DNA of 63,268 nucleotides, the filler included, from Octopus bimaculoides (taxonomy: Eukaryota), in NCBI RefSeq assembly GCF_001194135.2. It is 5 parts of 5 records of this genome, joined end to end, with 100 filler letters (N's around TTAATTAATTAA, not from the genome) between each part and the next. Parts side by side here need not be neighbours in the genome. Positions count along the whole stretch, not along the records: positions 1 to 24,785 come from NC_068989.1; positions 24,886 to 36,398 come from NC_068985.1; 3 more parts are not named here. One strand, given 5' to 3'. Below, in pieces: positions 13,900 through 26,870 of the stretch (positions within the stretch are counted from its first letter, which is position 1; each line of letters opens with the position of its first letter). The translations under genes were made by a program, and so were the position numbers. Below the pieces are notes generated by a model, which was given only the letters and a program-made list of their open reading frames with translations, was not told the origin of the DNA and did not search any database.

Positions 13900-14725
13900 C
13901 GCTGTTCACCCGATATGGTCATGCTGGCTGGGATACCACTTACCATCGAAAGAGATTCTTCCGACCTACCCTTGGGAGGGACGCTATCACAACAAGGAAG
14001 GCCAGTGGCCTTCTGTTTAAGGTCCCTTTCGAAAACAGAAAAAACACCAATCCATCGTCGAGAGAGAAGCCTGCGCAATCGTAGAATGCTGCCGCAAATA
14101 GCACCACCTAATAGATGTTTCCCCATACTGCAACACCGTCACCGATCAACGCTCGGTGGCGATGATCTTCAATAAGCAAGGGACAACAAAAATCAAAAAT
14201 GAAAAACTTATACGCTGGCGCTTGGACCTCTCAGACATAAATTACACAATCTTATAAAGATCAGGAACTCAAAATAAAGCAGCAGATGCGCATCAACAAG
14301 AGATACCACAATACTAATAACCCTTCACAAACAACTGTGCTACCCACGAGTGATCCGCCTTCTTCCCTCACCGAAATACGCGAAATGACACTCGCTTGCT
14401 CTACATGCATCAAACTCAAACCCTGCTTCCACAAACCACTTATGGGTCAGTTAATACGGGCATTGAGACCTTGGGAGCGCCTCTCCATTGACTTTGTTGG
14501 TACCCTGCCATCAACCACACAATATCGCTAATTATTGATAATAGTCGATGAGTACTGAAGGTACCCATTCGCATAGCCATGCAAAGACATGAGTACCGAA
14601 ACAGTAATTTCCCACCTGCTCAATCTCTTTTTATTGTTTGGATCACCAAGTTGTATCCACTCTGACAGAGGAACCCAATTTGATTATAATAAGCTCCAGG
14701 ACTTCCTTCACGCTAACGGGACAAT
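13900..14725 (+). mobile_element. Degenerate Ty3/Gypsy pol fragment (RNase H + integrase)
   Basis: SIVEREACAIVECCRK*HH...TDQRSVAMIF (RNase H); CSTCIKLKP..WERLSIDFVGTLP..LIIVDEY..IHSDRGTQF (integrase), with stops. Confidence 0.85.
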
Positions 14726-15400
14726 TGTAGCGACCAGGAGATGGTGACGAAGGAACGGCTCCTTTAGCGCATCGCACGGTCGGCACAAAAAAAAAAATAG
14801 ATGGAATGAGGTAAGTGCCAACAAGAAAAGAGAGACTCAACCGGTAACAAATGTATAAAAGTAAGGTTTATTGGTAGTCAGCGTGAATGTCTGTGTGAGT
14901 GAATGCGACATAATAAAACACAATATAAGACAGGCCGTCGTGTAAACAAAGAGTGTGTGTATACAAATATGTGTATGTGAATGCAAGAGATACAGAGCAT
15001 AGAAAACAGTTTATAATAAGGACGTTAGGAGAAAGTCCAGACACAAGGATAAGAAATACCAGTTCGTATTCATGGTACACAGTGGTAAAGGTGCTGTACA
15101 AGAGATCGTGGCCGAATAGCAGAGCCTGGAGAAAAGATACTGTCGCCCGAGAGGTTGAGGCTGCGATCGGTTACTTGGTACAGAGGGTCTCGCTGTTATT
15201 CGTGGTGAAGCAATTCACACAAACAGTGTTGAGAGAAAGTGCGGGTGCTGTTGGTGGTGTGTACATAGAGACGTCAGTGTAGACGCTGTCGACGAAGAAG
15301 CTGATGGTGGCATCGAAGATGGAGTTGCAGCAAGGTGTTGAAGTGTTGTTGTTGGAACTGGCTGGTGCTCTGTGGTCAGCGGCTAGACCTCAAAAGGTCT
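14726..15400. mobile_element. LTR-like repeat interrupting the integrase remnant
   Basis: Begins TGTAGCG where integrase homology stops; similar to 8754-9400; right end uncertain. Confidence 0.5.
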
Positions 15401-15699
15401 AAGGCCGAAGATGTTCTTTTTATTCCTAATAAATCGGATATGTAGAGGGGACAAACAAGGATAGACAAAAACATATATATCGGTCTTCAGCTTTTTACGA
15501 GTGTTCTATCGAATGGATGTTATAACGAATATAATAATGTAATGTAATATGGTACATTAAAAATATATAAAATATTAAAATTTTTAAATTCTCTTTTTTT
15601 TTTGGCGGGGGGNNNNNNNNNNNNNNNNNNNNNNNNNNNNNNNNNNNNNNNNNNNNNNNNNNNNNNNNNNNNNNNNNNNNNNNNNNNNNNNNNGGGGGT

Positions 15700-17665
15700 G
15701 GGGTTTATCTTACTAACCCGCCGGTTGATTTCCCTTTTTTTGTGTCTTTTTCTTTTCTATGCCCGGTCCGGCCGTGTTGGCATGGCTCCTTGCATACTCA
15801 TCTTTCTTACGATTTCCTTCCATCTTTTCGCAAACACTCTTTGCGGCAAGCTCCTCCTCTCCAGACGAATCTTGAAAACAAGATGGGCGGTGAAATGGTT
15901 CACCAGTCCTCGTCTGGAGATGAACTGTCCTGTCACAATTCCTTCCACACGCGTCTTCCATACCGTTTCTTTCAATATGGTTATTACCCAGAGAAATGCT
16001 GCCTTCTCTTTGGAGAAAGAGAAAGGCGGTACAATCTTAATCATGGACTCAGTCGAGAGCCGTACTTCTTCTGCATCCGACATCAATTGTTCGGCATAGG
16101 TTATCAAATCCCTCAGCTCCTCAGTGTACGAAGGCGTGCGTCACCGTTTCACTGGCACGCCCGCACCTCGGACACTTGGGGGAGGTGTCATATCCGTGCC
16201 TTGACAACCTTTCCCGAACCGGTAAGGCCGATCGGTAGCACAGCCAGGTCAAGGATTTCTGGTAGTTATCCAGGAATCTCGACCCGAAGGTCCTCCCGAA
16301 CAGGCTGGCTAACTGCTTCTTATCAAAGCCTAGAGTCTTCCCCCAGGACATCGTCAGACTTAAGCTCTACTAACCCGCTATAAATATCCGCTGNNNNNNN
16401 NNNNNNNNNNNNNNNNNNNNNNNNNNNNNNNNNNNNNNNNNNNNNNNNNNNNNNNNNNNNNNNNNNNNNNNNNNNNNNNNNNNNNNNNNNNNNNNNNNNN
16501 NNNNNNNNNNNNNNNNNNNNNNNNNNNNNNNNNNNNNNNNNNNNNNNNNNNNNNNNNNNNNNNNNNNNNNNNNNNNNNNNNNNNNNNNNNNNNNNNNNNN
16601 NNNNNNNNNNNNNNNNNNNNNNNNNNNNNNNNNNNNNNNNNNNNNNNNNNNNNNNNNNNNNNNNNNNNNNNNNNNNNNNNNNNNNNNNNNNNNNNNNNNN
16701 NNNNNNNNNNNNNNNNNNNNNNNNNNNNNNNNNNNNNNNNNNNNNNNNNNNNNNNNNNNNNNNNNNNNNNNNNNNNNNNNNNNNNNNNNNNNNNNNNNNN
16801 NNNNNNNNNNNNNNNNNNNNNNNNNNNNNNNNNNNNNNNNNNNNNNNNNNNNNNNNNNNNNNNNNNNNNNNNNNNNNNNNNNNNNNNNNNNNNNNNNNNN
16901 NNNNNNNNNNNNNNNNNNNNNNNNNNNNNNNNNNNNNNNNNNNNNNNNNNNNNNNNNNNNNNNNNNNNNNNNNNNNNNNNNNNNNNNNNNNNNNNNNNNN
17001 NNNNNNNNNNNNNNNNNNNNNNNNNNNNNNNNNNNNNNNNNNNNNNNNNNNNNNNNNNNNNNNNNNNNNNNNNNNNNNNNNNNNNNNNNNNNNNNNNNNN
17101 NNNNNNNCCGACACGATGATGGTGACGTCATCCGCGTATGCCGTCACGTTCCTTCCGCAACAAAGATCATGCGGGTCCACCCCCACGTCCTTCAACTTCC
17201 GCAGCAATGGCTCGAGCGCCAATACGTACAGAATCGGGGACAGGGGGAAGCCCTGACGAACCTAACGCTCGATCGCGAAGGGGTTCGAGAAGAACCGATT
17301 CACCCGGACTATTGATTCGATATTGCTGTACATGGCTTTAATCCAGCCTCGGAAGGTCGGGCCAAATCCAGCCGCTCGAAGGACCGCCGACAGGTATCCG
17401 TGGTCAACCTATCGAACGCCTTAGACTGATCTAAATTCACCAATGCCCCACCGTTGCCATGCATTTTACCCACCCGCTCTATGGTGTAGCGAATGAGGTG
17501 AAGATTGTCTTGTATCGTCCTTCCTGGGATGGCACATGTCTGTGCTTCCCCCACCAGGTCACCCACGACAATCCTAACTCTCTTTGCGAGCACCTTGGCC
17601 AAAATCTTTAACTCTGTGTTTAGCAGAGTTTTGGGCCTAGAATTATTAACATTATCCCCAATGAG
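15700..17665 (-). mobile_element. Tx1/L1-clade LINE ORF2 3' part (RT + C-terminal Cys motif), partly in a gap
   Basis: AKVLAKRV..QTCAIPGRTIQDNLHLIR..LDQSKAFDR; ALEPLLRKL..AYADDVTIIV; KCPRCG..ETVTHAFVHC. Confidence 0.9.
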
Positions 17666-17674
17666 TACACAGGC

Positions 17675-17951
17675 TGTGGTTTAAAGGCACAAAAACAGAG
17701 TTGCTCTTACCTCGAGTTGCAATCGGGTACTGCGGTCAGATCATTCAGGTGTTATCTGTGTTGGCTCAACCGATTTCTTCAGTTCGGATCCGTTCACACT
17801 ACTTCTAGCAGCACGACTTGCCTTGTCCGCAGACAGTGTAAGAAAGAGACAGACTTGCCCCATCGTTCGCTGACGTGACGTCATATGGTTCATTTCGGTC
17901 TTCTTGCGCCGTCTCTCCTTCTCCCTTCCGGTCAATTCCCCTTCCACCACA
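17675..17951 (-). repeat. 3' LTR (277 bp)
   Basis: Termini TGTGGT...ACCACA form a perfect 6-bp inverted repeat; immediately preceded by purine tract GGGGGGGGGAGCA. Confidence 0.75.
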
Positions 17952-20771
17952 TGCTCCCCCCCCCGATCAAAAGATCACTGCTCCCCTGGTCTGTTTCGTA
18001 ATCGTCCATCCACCTTGGCGGGGTGTGACGTTCCATTTGAGATCTCCGTAGGGTCACGAGGCCGGTTTCTCTCTCTCCTTCATCATCGGAAGAACTAATC
18101 ACCCTTCGAATATCCAAGACGTGACGCGGCATTCCATCCATTGATATATTATTTGGAGTACTGATCGCGGTCACCTTTCCTTTTTCCCACTGCGTTGTAC
18201 ACCAAGCGTTCGGGAGTTTCACCCACACTTCGTCTCCACAGATGTAACTCCATTTACCCTTGGCTGCTGTGGCACCACGTTCAGGTGTCTTCATTTGTAC
18301 CAGTATATGGCTCTTTGCAGGACCGACTCTTCAGCTTTGCCCTATCCTGGGCGACATGTTGTACTAGAAGACTGCCTTCATAGGGGAGATTCGTTTCCTC
18401 TCAGCCATGGATTTAATCGTACGGTGGTGCCATTCCACAATCCTATTTCCACCTGGCCTGTATGCAGCTCTGAAGAGGCGTCTTGTACCCCACCTTTCGA
18501 GCATCTCTCTCAGCTGCTCTGAGCAAAAAAACTGTTCTGTTTTTCATCAATAGCTCGTCTACAAGCGCCATTTCCAAGAACGCCGCATTCAGCACTTCTG
18601 CGACTTCGGTAGCAGTCTCCGCTCCGATTTCTCTCTATATAGCCATTCTCCTCAGCCCACAGTCGACTATTGAAAGGGACACTTTTCCCCTATAGAGTGT
18701 TACATCAATGGCTAGCCTCTTCCAGTCTTCCTCTACCCGAATCTTTTCTGTTTCGTGTGCGCTTGAGGCAGGATCGATTGATTGACACCTGTTGCAATTC
18801 CCCACTATTCTCCAAACGCTCTCCCTGGTGACATCGGGGTCGACCGTCCTAGCCAAAAAACAACATCCTGTTGACTCCGATGTGGTGCATGTTGTGCAGT
18901 CTCCTCAGTTCTGTGCCCTCCAGCTGACAAACCACTGCTACCCTACTCGGAACATCGTCTGCTATTTCCAACCAATGCTTTTTCACTCTGGTTAGAATCG
19001 TTGCCTTATTCTTTTCTGAGGGCACGAAAACTACATGCAACTCCAGGTCGAACTCGGCAGCTAGCTCCCTCAGGATTCCCAGGCAATGCTTAATCACCAT
19101 TTCCGTGGCCCCTTTCGTGCGAATCCTCCTCTGGTTGGTGATCACTGATCCCACCCACCCTCGCACTGTAGTAGAATCAGCCCAGACGTTTACAGTTTGC
19201 AGTCCCTATCTCAGTGCTAGGTTCACACCCTTTAACACAGCATTCAGTTCAGCCACATTGATGTAGTTGTAGTCGTCCTTCTTACTAAGCCACGCTATGT
19301 CTTCCACCTCGACACCTCCCAACGCTATGCTGCTTGCACTACACGATCCCTTTCTTTGTATCAAGCACGTACCAGCTGCCCTTCCCTGGATCTTCCGCTC
19401 GCATTATCATCACTGTCTTCTACTTTATTACCTCAGTTCACTTCTTCTGCTTGCTTTTTGACATAACTACATGCCATCCTGCAACAGACTTGTGACCCAC
19501 AAGCTTCCCACACATCGAGAACACCCCTGATTTAGTTCCAGGATCTCGTTTCCTCTGCGAAACACAAGCCTACTCGCTTTATCTCTTTCGAGCCTGAGCC
19601 CCAACGACGTGCCTCCTTCTATAGCCTCTGGCGGTTTTGTTGTCAGTTCGAACCTCCAAAGATGGCTCACGATTTCCTCTGCCGATGCCACATTCTCGTC
19701 TACAAGGATATCATCAATATATGGGCTGGTAGCCTGCTCCACTTTGACCTCTTTGCCCCAAAGCACCTTTAGGGCTGTAGTGACTCAGGAAAGTTATATA
19801 TGTTGCCACGGCATAGTACAGTTGTGCTATGGCATACTCCAGCTAATCAGGGCTAGATGCGTAGGAATACAAACAGCAGTTATCTAACTTAGCAGTGAAG
19901 TTTGGGGAGTTATTAGGCAGTTAGCAAAAAGACAGCACTGATACAACAGTTATTCTTCCAACATGAAACAGTTTTAGTGTGTTCACCACCAACTTCATGT
20001 AACCAACAGTGAGTTATATCGGCTCTCGACTTGTCACCTCCTGAACAGCCTAGTTCATTTATGCTAACTTCTCTCCTCGAAAGCCTGGATGACATCAGCC
20101 ACAAACTCTGCCTTATGATGAACTGTATATTTTCGTTTAAACTAGCTCCATTCCTATTAGCTTACAACGGCTTCCGACAGAATCATTTTGTGCAAAAGTA
20201 AGCTATAATACTTTACCTGACTCGCATACACATACAGGCTATACACTTTTACTACTCGTCAGCACTCGTTCCTATTTTAATAAAGTTACAATGCTTTGTT
20301 TAAAAATGCCTTCTAGCATTCAGTACACATGTTTCTCAAAAGCGCATTTAATGAACTTCGTCACGCATACTTCCATACTTTAAACTAGTGACCACTCGTA
20401 CTAAAGGACCTTTGCCATGATCTTTGGCGCCGAACTCAGGCTGAAACCCATTCAAGTCAGGCAGTATGTTCTGCCCCTGTACCACACTAGTTGGTACTTC
20501 CACAACTTCTCTGATACATGGAGCTGCAGATAGGCTAACGTGAGGTCGAACCCCTCCCATTCGCCTCCACACGCGTCTGCTGCCTTGTCACCCACATGGC
20601 AGGACACACATTCAACTCGACATCTGAAGCATGGTCCCTCGGCCGTTTGCTTCGCCAGACACTTGCTGTCGTTGTTCGCTGCCTGCCTCTTCGTCCTGCT
20701 CATATCCACCATCACTTGCCGTTACGTCATGTGTGTCACTTTGCGACAACACCCACGATTTGTCAATCATC

Positions 20772-21313
20772 GGATCTATTTTAAAACGGGGGCGCCAGTA
20801 TTTTCTTAACGAAACACTAACGAAACACTTTGAAACTTGGGACACTGGTAGAATGTGTCATATAAAACATCTTTTACTCTTAGTCTTCTTAACAAAAAAA
20901 CGTACATCGCAAGTTATTCCATGTTAAAGTTGTCGTATTTCTGTAATTTCAACCAATCACTGACGTCTATTCAGCTGAATAGAGTTACTGCTGGGCGGTC
21001 ATAAAAATGTTATTCCCTGTGACATATTTCATCCGGTTTAATCGTAATTTATACGCATATATTGTTTATATAATAAATTACGCTGTGCGTATCTTTGTGT
21101 GTAACAATTTTAGAGTTCGGATTCTAGAGTTACGNNNNNNNNNNNNNNNNNNNNNNNNNNNNNNNNNNNNNNNNNNNNNNNNNNNNNNNNNNNNNNNNNN
21201 NNNNNNNNNNNNNNNNNNNNNNNNNNNNNNNNNNNNNNNNNNNNNNNNNNNNNNACCAAAAACACTACATAAAACATAAATGAAAACTGGCGCCCCCGTT
21301 TTAAAATAGATCC
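20772..21313. mobile_element. MITE with perfect 28-bp TIRs and 8-bp TSD (CAATCATC), GG..CC termini (Merlin-like)
   Basis: ggatctattttaaaacgggggcgccagt / actggcgcccccgttttaaaatagatcc; CAATCATC at 20764-20771 and 21314-21321; removing it rejoins the gag peptide. Confidence 0.9.
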
Positions 21314-22944
21314 CAATCATCTCTTCCCCCGACATGGTTTCGATGTTCGGCATCTAGTGCAGACGTACAGAGATATGGTCGGGAAAGCCTGTCACAAAAG
21401 CCAGCTTCACAATCAACGCCAGCACTGCTCCAGTAAACCCTGCTAGGACCACCAACCTCCTAATCTCGCTCACGTCGTCGTCCATCTGCACACGAAACAA
21501 AACAAAAAAAAAATTTATCTATATAGTCCTCGGACGTCGGATGTATTCTAAAGAAGTTTGAGATAAAAGAAAAATAGAAATCCCGATAAAAGGAGAAATC
21601 TCGACTTATGGGGGACAGCTATCCAAGAGTCTACCAAACTATTTACTGGATCATGTGAATGCACCTTCGTTAGCATCTCACCAAATGCTTTACATTAGCA
21701 TGTTCTTTCACATAAGAGAAAAAAATCGTTCTGTCTCGCACAACCATTATTGTAAAATGCATTACTTTTAAACATAGTAAGTTTAATTTGAAAAAGTGAT
21801 AGTAAAGTAGGTGAAAGTAACGAATATGGTAAGAGTAGACGAAACCGCGCTAAAATACGGCTGTAGGTAGGAGAATGTCAATTGAATAAAAAAGACATGT
21901 TCTTTGAACCCAGGGTGGATGAAAATTTCCAGTAATATTTTTTTACACGACGACAACAATTGTTTCCCCTTAGTAAGCGTTCGCCATAAAGTAAATTTTA
22001 ATGTTCTTAAAGTCAGTGTCCACATTCTTTAGCAGGCTGCAATTTTCAGGTAATCTAACAGTTTTCTTTTCTTAATTTAATCCAACTCTTATATTTATGT
22101 GAAACTGAAGCGCCCTTCACATAACTCCGTTTAGCATTTATAAATATTTGTCTAAAGCAAAGGCCGTTGAACATATCGACCCCATATTGTAAACTTGTAA
22201 GATAAAATCGAAAAGCTTAATTAATAAATTTCTTGATTTAAAAACAATAATTCCTTTTTTATTTTTTTTTTGGTTTTTGGTGTTATTATCGCTTTTAAGT
22301 AAGAAATTTAATAAAAAATGTTTATTAAAATTGATGGGGAAAAACTAAAATTCGGTCATTATTTTTATTATCGATAGAATCGGAATATTTGATGTGAAGT
22401 ATGTTTAAAATTTGCTTGAGTTGTCGAACCCTTGAATTGCCATATAGACCTGCCCAGCATAACTACAGATTTCGGTTAAACACCTCCAGTGTTTGACCCG
22501 CAAAAAAAATTACAAACAAAACAAAACATAGTGTAATAGGTGTAAAATAACATATAGTAAACGAATAAAAAAATTAAAAAAATGCGCGCCGGCCTAGAGG
22601 GGTGGAGGAGAGGACTTGGAAAATTCACTTGCCCAATGCCATGCAGTGGGACTGAACTCGGAACCGTGTGGTTGGGAAGAACAGGGAAAAAAATCGGATC
22701 GTGTGAATTGTCTTGGTTCGCCCCCATTCGCCAGCAAGTGTCTTCAACTATATAACCTCTGGCCGACCAATGTGTCCTGGAGGCCGAAAGTGGCATTTCA
22801 GAGGAAAAGTTATCTATGCTATNNNNNNNNNNNNNNNNNNNNNNNNNNNNNNNNNNNNNNNNNNNNNNNNNNNNNNNNNNNNNNNNNNNNNNNNNNNNNN
22901 NNNNNNNNNNNNNNNNNNNNNNACACATATACCCAACATAGACA

Positions 22945-23660
22945 TTGACACACGTACATCTACCACTGATACTTGTACACTTGAACATGATCATAATATA
23001 TCCCAGCCCACTAGTATACACAAATAATACTACTATATCTTCTAATAATAACAATAGCAGTAATAATAACTATAAAAGTAATGATTGCATTGATCTAAAT
23101 TCCTCTGCATCCTCATATAACCTATCCTCTGACAATATCACCTCATCCACCACAGAACACAACTCCCTAGCTTCATCTACCTGTAACTGTCGATACGGAA
23201 CAATCTGCCCGCTACAAACGCATTGCGTAAGAGACAGCGTAATATACAAATGCACTGTCGCCAATCTGCTACAGAACTCTACAGCTACATACATAGGTTC
23301 AACTAAATATTTCAAGCAACGTTATGCAGCTCACCTTCACTCTTTTAGATATGACAAGCACAGCAAATCTACAACACTAGCCAACCACATTCACCACCTC
23401 AAAAACACAAATACCCAGTATACTTTAACATGGTCTATTCTGGACTCAGGAATTCCATACCAAGGCCAGCACTCTAATTGCAAACTTTGCTTGAAGGAGG
23501 TGTTCCATATTTTAAAATACAATTCTCCCACACTACTTAATAGGTATAACAAAGCACTTAGCACCTGTAGTCACCGATTCTTCCATACATTCAAATTCTA
23601 TCACAGACACAAATGCACAAATGACCACACAACATACTCCCACAATCCCCATAGGTAACT
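22945..23660 (+). mobile_element. Penelope-like element 3' fragment (GIY-YIG endonuclease)
   Basis: CPLQTHC..SVIYKCTV..TYIGST..FKQRYAAH..STTLANHI..WSIL..CKLCLKE..LLNR. Confidence 0.85.
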
Positions 23661-23833
23661 CCAACCAACTTAATTCAAGCTTGTGATTATATGTATAAGT
23701 ACATATGTTCCTTTATTAGTTAGCTATTAGGTTCCCATACTCCAAATCAGATTGGAGCCTGGTGTAGCCATCTGGTTTCACCAGTCCTCAGTCAAATCGT
23801 CCAGCCTATGCTAGCATGGAAAGCGGACGTTAA

Positions 23834-23874
<41 letters not shown>

Positions 23875-24384
23875 ATATATATAAATATATAATTTAGAGA
23901 AAAAAACCACAATTTTACTATAGGTATTTTTAGAGTATTTACTTATTAAATTTTTCTAATATGTGACTGTCGATTTTCATGGATGAATTCAAGAATTGTG
24001 GTTTTTTTCTCTAAATTATATATTTATATATTATTTNNNNNNNNNNNNNNNNNNNNNNNNNNNNNNNNNNNNNNNNNNNNNNNNNNNNNNNNNNNNNNNN
24101 NNNNNNNNNNNNNNNNNNNNNNNNNNNNNNNNNNNNNNNNNNNNNNNNNNNNNNNNNNNNNNNNNNNNNNNNNNNNNNNNNNNNNNNNNNNNNNNNNNNN
24201 NNNNNNNNNNNNNNNNNNNNNNNNNNNNNNNNNNNNNNNNNNNNNNNNNNNNNNNNNNNNNNNNNNNNNNNNNNNNNNNNNNNNNNNNNNNNNNNNNNNN
24301 NNNNNNNNNNNNNNNNNNNNNNNNNNNNNNNNNNNNNNNNNNNNNNNNNNNNNNNNNNNNNNNNNNNNNNNNNNNNNNNNNNNA

Positions 24385-24785
24385 CATCAACTGGGAAGAT
24401 CACATCACCAATAACTCTGTGCTTGAAAGATCAGGTCTCCTGAGCATCGAAGCCTTGATCATTGAACACCGTCTCCGATGGTCAGGTCACGTCCGTCGGA
24501 TGAATGAACACCGCCTTCCCAAGATCTGACTCCATGGTGAACTGTCTGAATGAAAACGTCCTCGTGGAGCCCCCTTGAGGCGGTACAAGAACCAACTCAT
24601 ATCAACCTTGAAAAGCACCAACATCGACCCCGCACACTGGGAGGATATCTCGGCAAACAGACCCCTCTGGAGACACACCATCAAAACGGGTTCAGCGGAC
24701 TTCGAGAAAACCCGAGTCGCAAGAGCTGAACTCAAGAGATGGGAGAGAAAGCTGCGTCTTCTCCTTCCCAAACCAACCCCTTCTA
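24385..24785 (+). mobile_element. RTE-clade LINE 3' fragment
   Basis: INWEDHITNNSVLERS..RLRWSGHVRRM..RLPK..RYKNQL..WEDISANRPLWR. Confidence 0.85.
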
Positions 24786-24829
24786 NNNNNNNNNNNNNNN
24801 NNNNNNNNNNNNNNNNNNNNNNNNNNNNN

Positions 24830-24841
24830 TTAATTAATTAA
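24830..24841. other. Assembly spacer TTAATTAATTAA inside N-gaps (also 36443-36454, 54671-54682, 58864-58875)
   Basis: Identical 12-mer isolated between N runs four times; it places stop codons in all six frames. Confidence 0.9.
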
Positions 24842-26129
24842 NNNNNNNNNNNNNNNNNNNNNNNNNNNNNNNNNNNNNNNNNNNNGATTTTACTAATTCG
24901 ATTTTTCAAATTTACAAATATTATACTAATATACTCTCATGCAGAACTACACCTTACAAAAAATAAATAAATACATGAATGTATGACAGGAATATATTCT
25001 AAATAGGACCCAAATATATAAAAAGAAAGGACAAAGAATATAAAAGGAAAGAACTAAAAACAAAGAAAAAACAGGAAGACATTTTTTGTTTTCTTTATAT
25101 TTTCTATTTATTATTCTCTATTTTTTTTTTCTTCTCTCTTCTTCCTTTCTTTTTTTCTTCCTTCTTCTACCATCCCTAGAAACCCTCTCAAAACAGTACA
25201 GTAAGTAGTAAACAAGCTTTTAACTTTTTTTTTATTGACACGCCTTAAAAAGACCATTTCAATACAATGGCCCTTCTCTCTCTCTTTTACCCCATCCATC
25301 TCTCTATCTGTCTGACTATCAGTCTATCTATCTCTCTATCTGATGTTTTATTTCATTGTATGTTTTATTTTCCTTATTCTTCTTATTTTTCTTAATTACT
25401 CTCTGTCTGTATCTATATCTTTGCAATGGAATCTGTCCTTTGCCGTTCCTGCCTAATGGCTTAAACCTATGGTCACTAACATGCCATATTAAATCCAAGC
25501 AAAACAGAGTTTATCTAATGAGATACCTCTTATTACATTACCTGATGAGATGTTTCTGCACCGAGAAATGCACCCCCAATTAATTGTATAGTTTTCCATC
25601 TGCAAGGGTTCCATCTACATGATATGTCAAAATGACTGTTGTGAGCAATAAAGTTTCCCGTGTGTTCCATTTTCGATCTCTATCATCTGTTTTATATTCA
25701 ACGTACACTGAGGAATTCTTGAGGTAGATCCAGTGAGAATTGTGTAATTACTGTGGATGACATCAGGTAGCCATAGGCAGTGAGCATGCTTCATTGGTGT
25801 GCTACTAGGAACCTACTCAATACTTAAATATGCATTCAGTATAAGCATATTGGTCAAGCATGTTTAGTGCTTGACCCAACAAAATGTTGGATCATGCTCA
25901 AACGAGTCTTGGCTATAATTCCATAACCTTGCTGCACATTAGAAAAATTGATTTTGTACAATTTTAAAATTTTCATTAACTTTTTAAGACTTTGTTAAAA
26001 TTTCATATACTTAATATTAAAATATTCATTGTATTATAACCTTTATTTTCATAAAGTTATATAGCATAATAATTAATAATTATAATAATAAAATCTTTTT
26101 AACATTATTTTCTCGAGAACCTCTTCATA

Positions 26130-26870
26130 TCCACATTTCAGTTTTTTTTACTCTCACTTATCCTCTCCCACTCTTCTTTCTGTTTGTTTACTCTCTCTTA
26201 CTTATTCTCCTCCTCACTCTCTTTTTCTGCCTGTCTGTCTCCCTCTCTTTCCCCCCTGTCTCTTCTGTTTGCTTTTCTCTCTCCCACTTTTCCCCTTTCT
26301 ATGTTTATTTACTCTCTTTTTAACTTTCTGTCAATTCTCTTTCAGTCCTCCTGTCTGTCTATGAGTCCTCCCCTCTCTCTGTATCTATCTTTCTACCTGT
26401 CTGTCTATTTTACTCTTACTTATCCTCTCCTACTTATTTTCCTCCCCTATCAGTCATCCCCTCTTTATTTATCTATCTTTCTATCTGTCTCCCTCCCTCC
26501 CTCCCTCCCTCTCTCTCTCTCTCCTATTTGCTTTTCTCTCCCACTCTTCCTCTTTCTATGTTTGTTCATTCTCTTTTCAACTTATTCTTCTTTTTCTGTT
26601 AATTCTCTATCAATCCTCATGTCTACCTATCTATGAGTCTTCCACTCTCTCTATATCTATCTTTCTGTTGGTCTGTCTGTCTCTCTATTTCTATCTCTGT
26701 CTTTCTCCCACTTTCTTTATCTTTTTATTTGCGTTTCTCTCTTACACTCTTCCCCCTCTTACTGCTGTAACTTTCTCTCTTTCTCTTTTACACTTCCTTC
26801 TCTATCTCCTCAACATGCTTTACTACCTTTTCTTTCCTGTCTATTCTAACTATTCCTCTTTACCTCGCAA
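26130..26870. repeat. CT-rich low-complexity tract; a GA-rich tract also lies at ~27750-28070
   Basis: Pyrimidine or purine runs giving spurious S/L/F-rich ORFs. Confidence 0.85.

Larger units (their letters stand above)
17675..21490 (-). mobile_element. Degenerate LTR retrotransposon (gag - RT - RNase H - integrase order, Gypsy-type) with 3' LTR
   Basis: gag-like KLAFVTGFPDHIS..MPNIETMSGEEMIDK and CFRC; RT PYIDDILVDE; RNase H INVAELNAVLKGVNLAL..ADSTTV..PSEKNKATILTR; integrase CNRCQSIDP..WKRLAIDVT; PPT then LTR; unassigned insert at ~19790-20330. Confidence 0.8.

Noticed and set aside
16323-17222. Long ORFs made of X residues (also ~5808-6259, 23983-24529, 41279-41833, 60144-61253)
   Set aside because: Artefacts of translating through N gaps.
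20426-20445. TGGCGCCGAAC resembling a tRNA-Lys primer binding site
   Set aside because: Wrong strand for the surrounding element and not adjacent to an LTR end.
24830-24841. Recurrent TTAATTAATTAA motif
   Set aside because: Always isolated inside N runs; an assembly spacer, not a biological motif.
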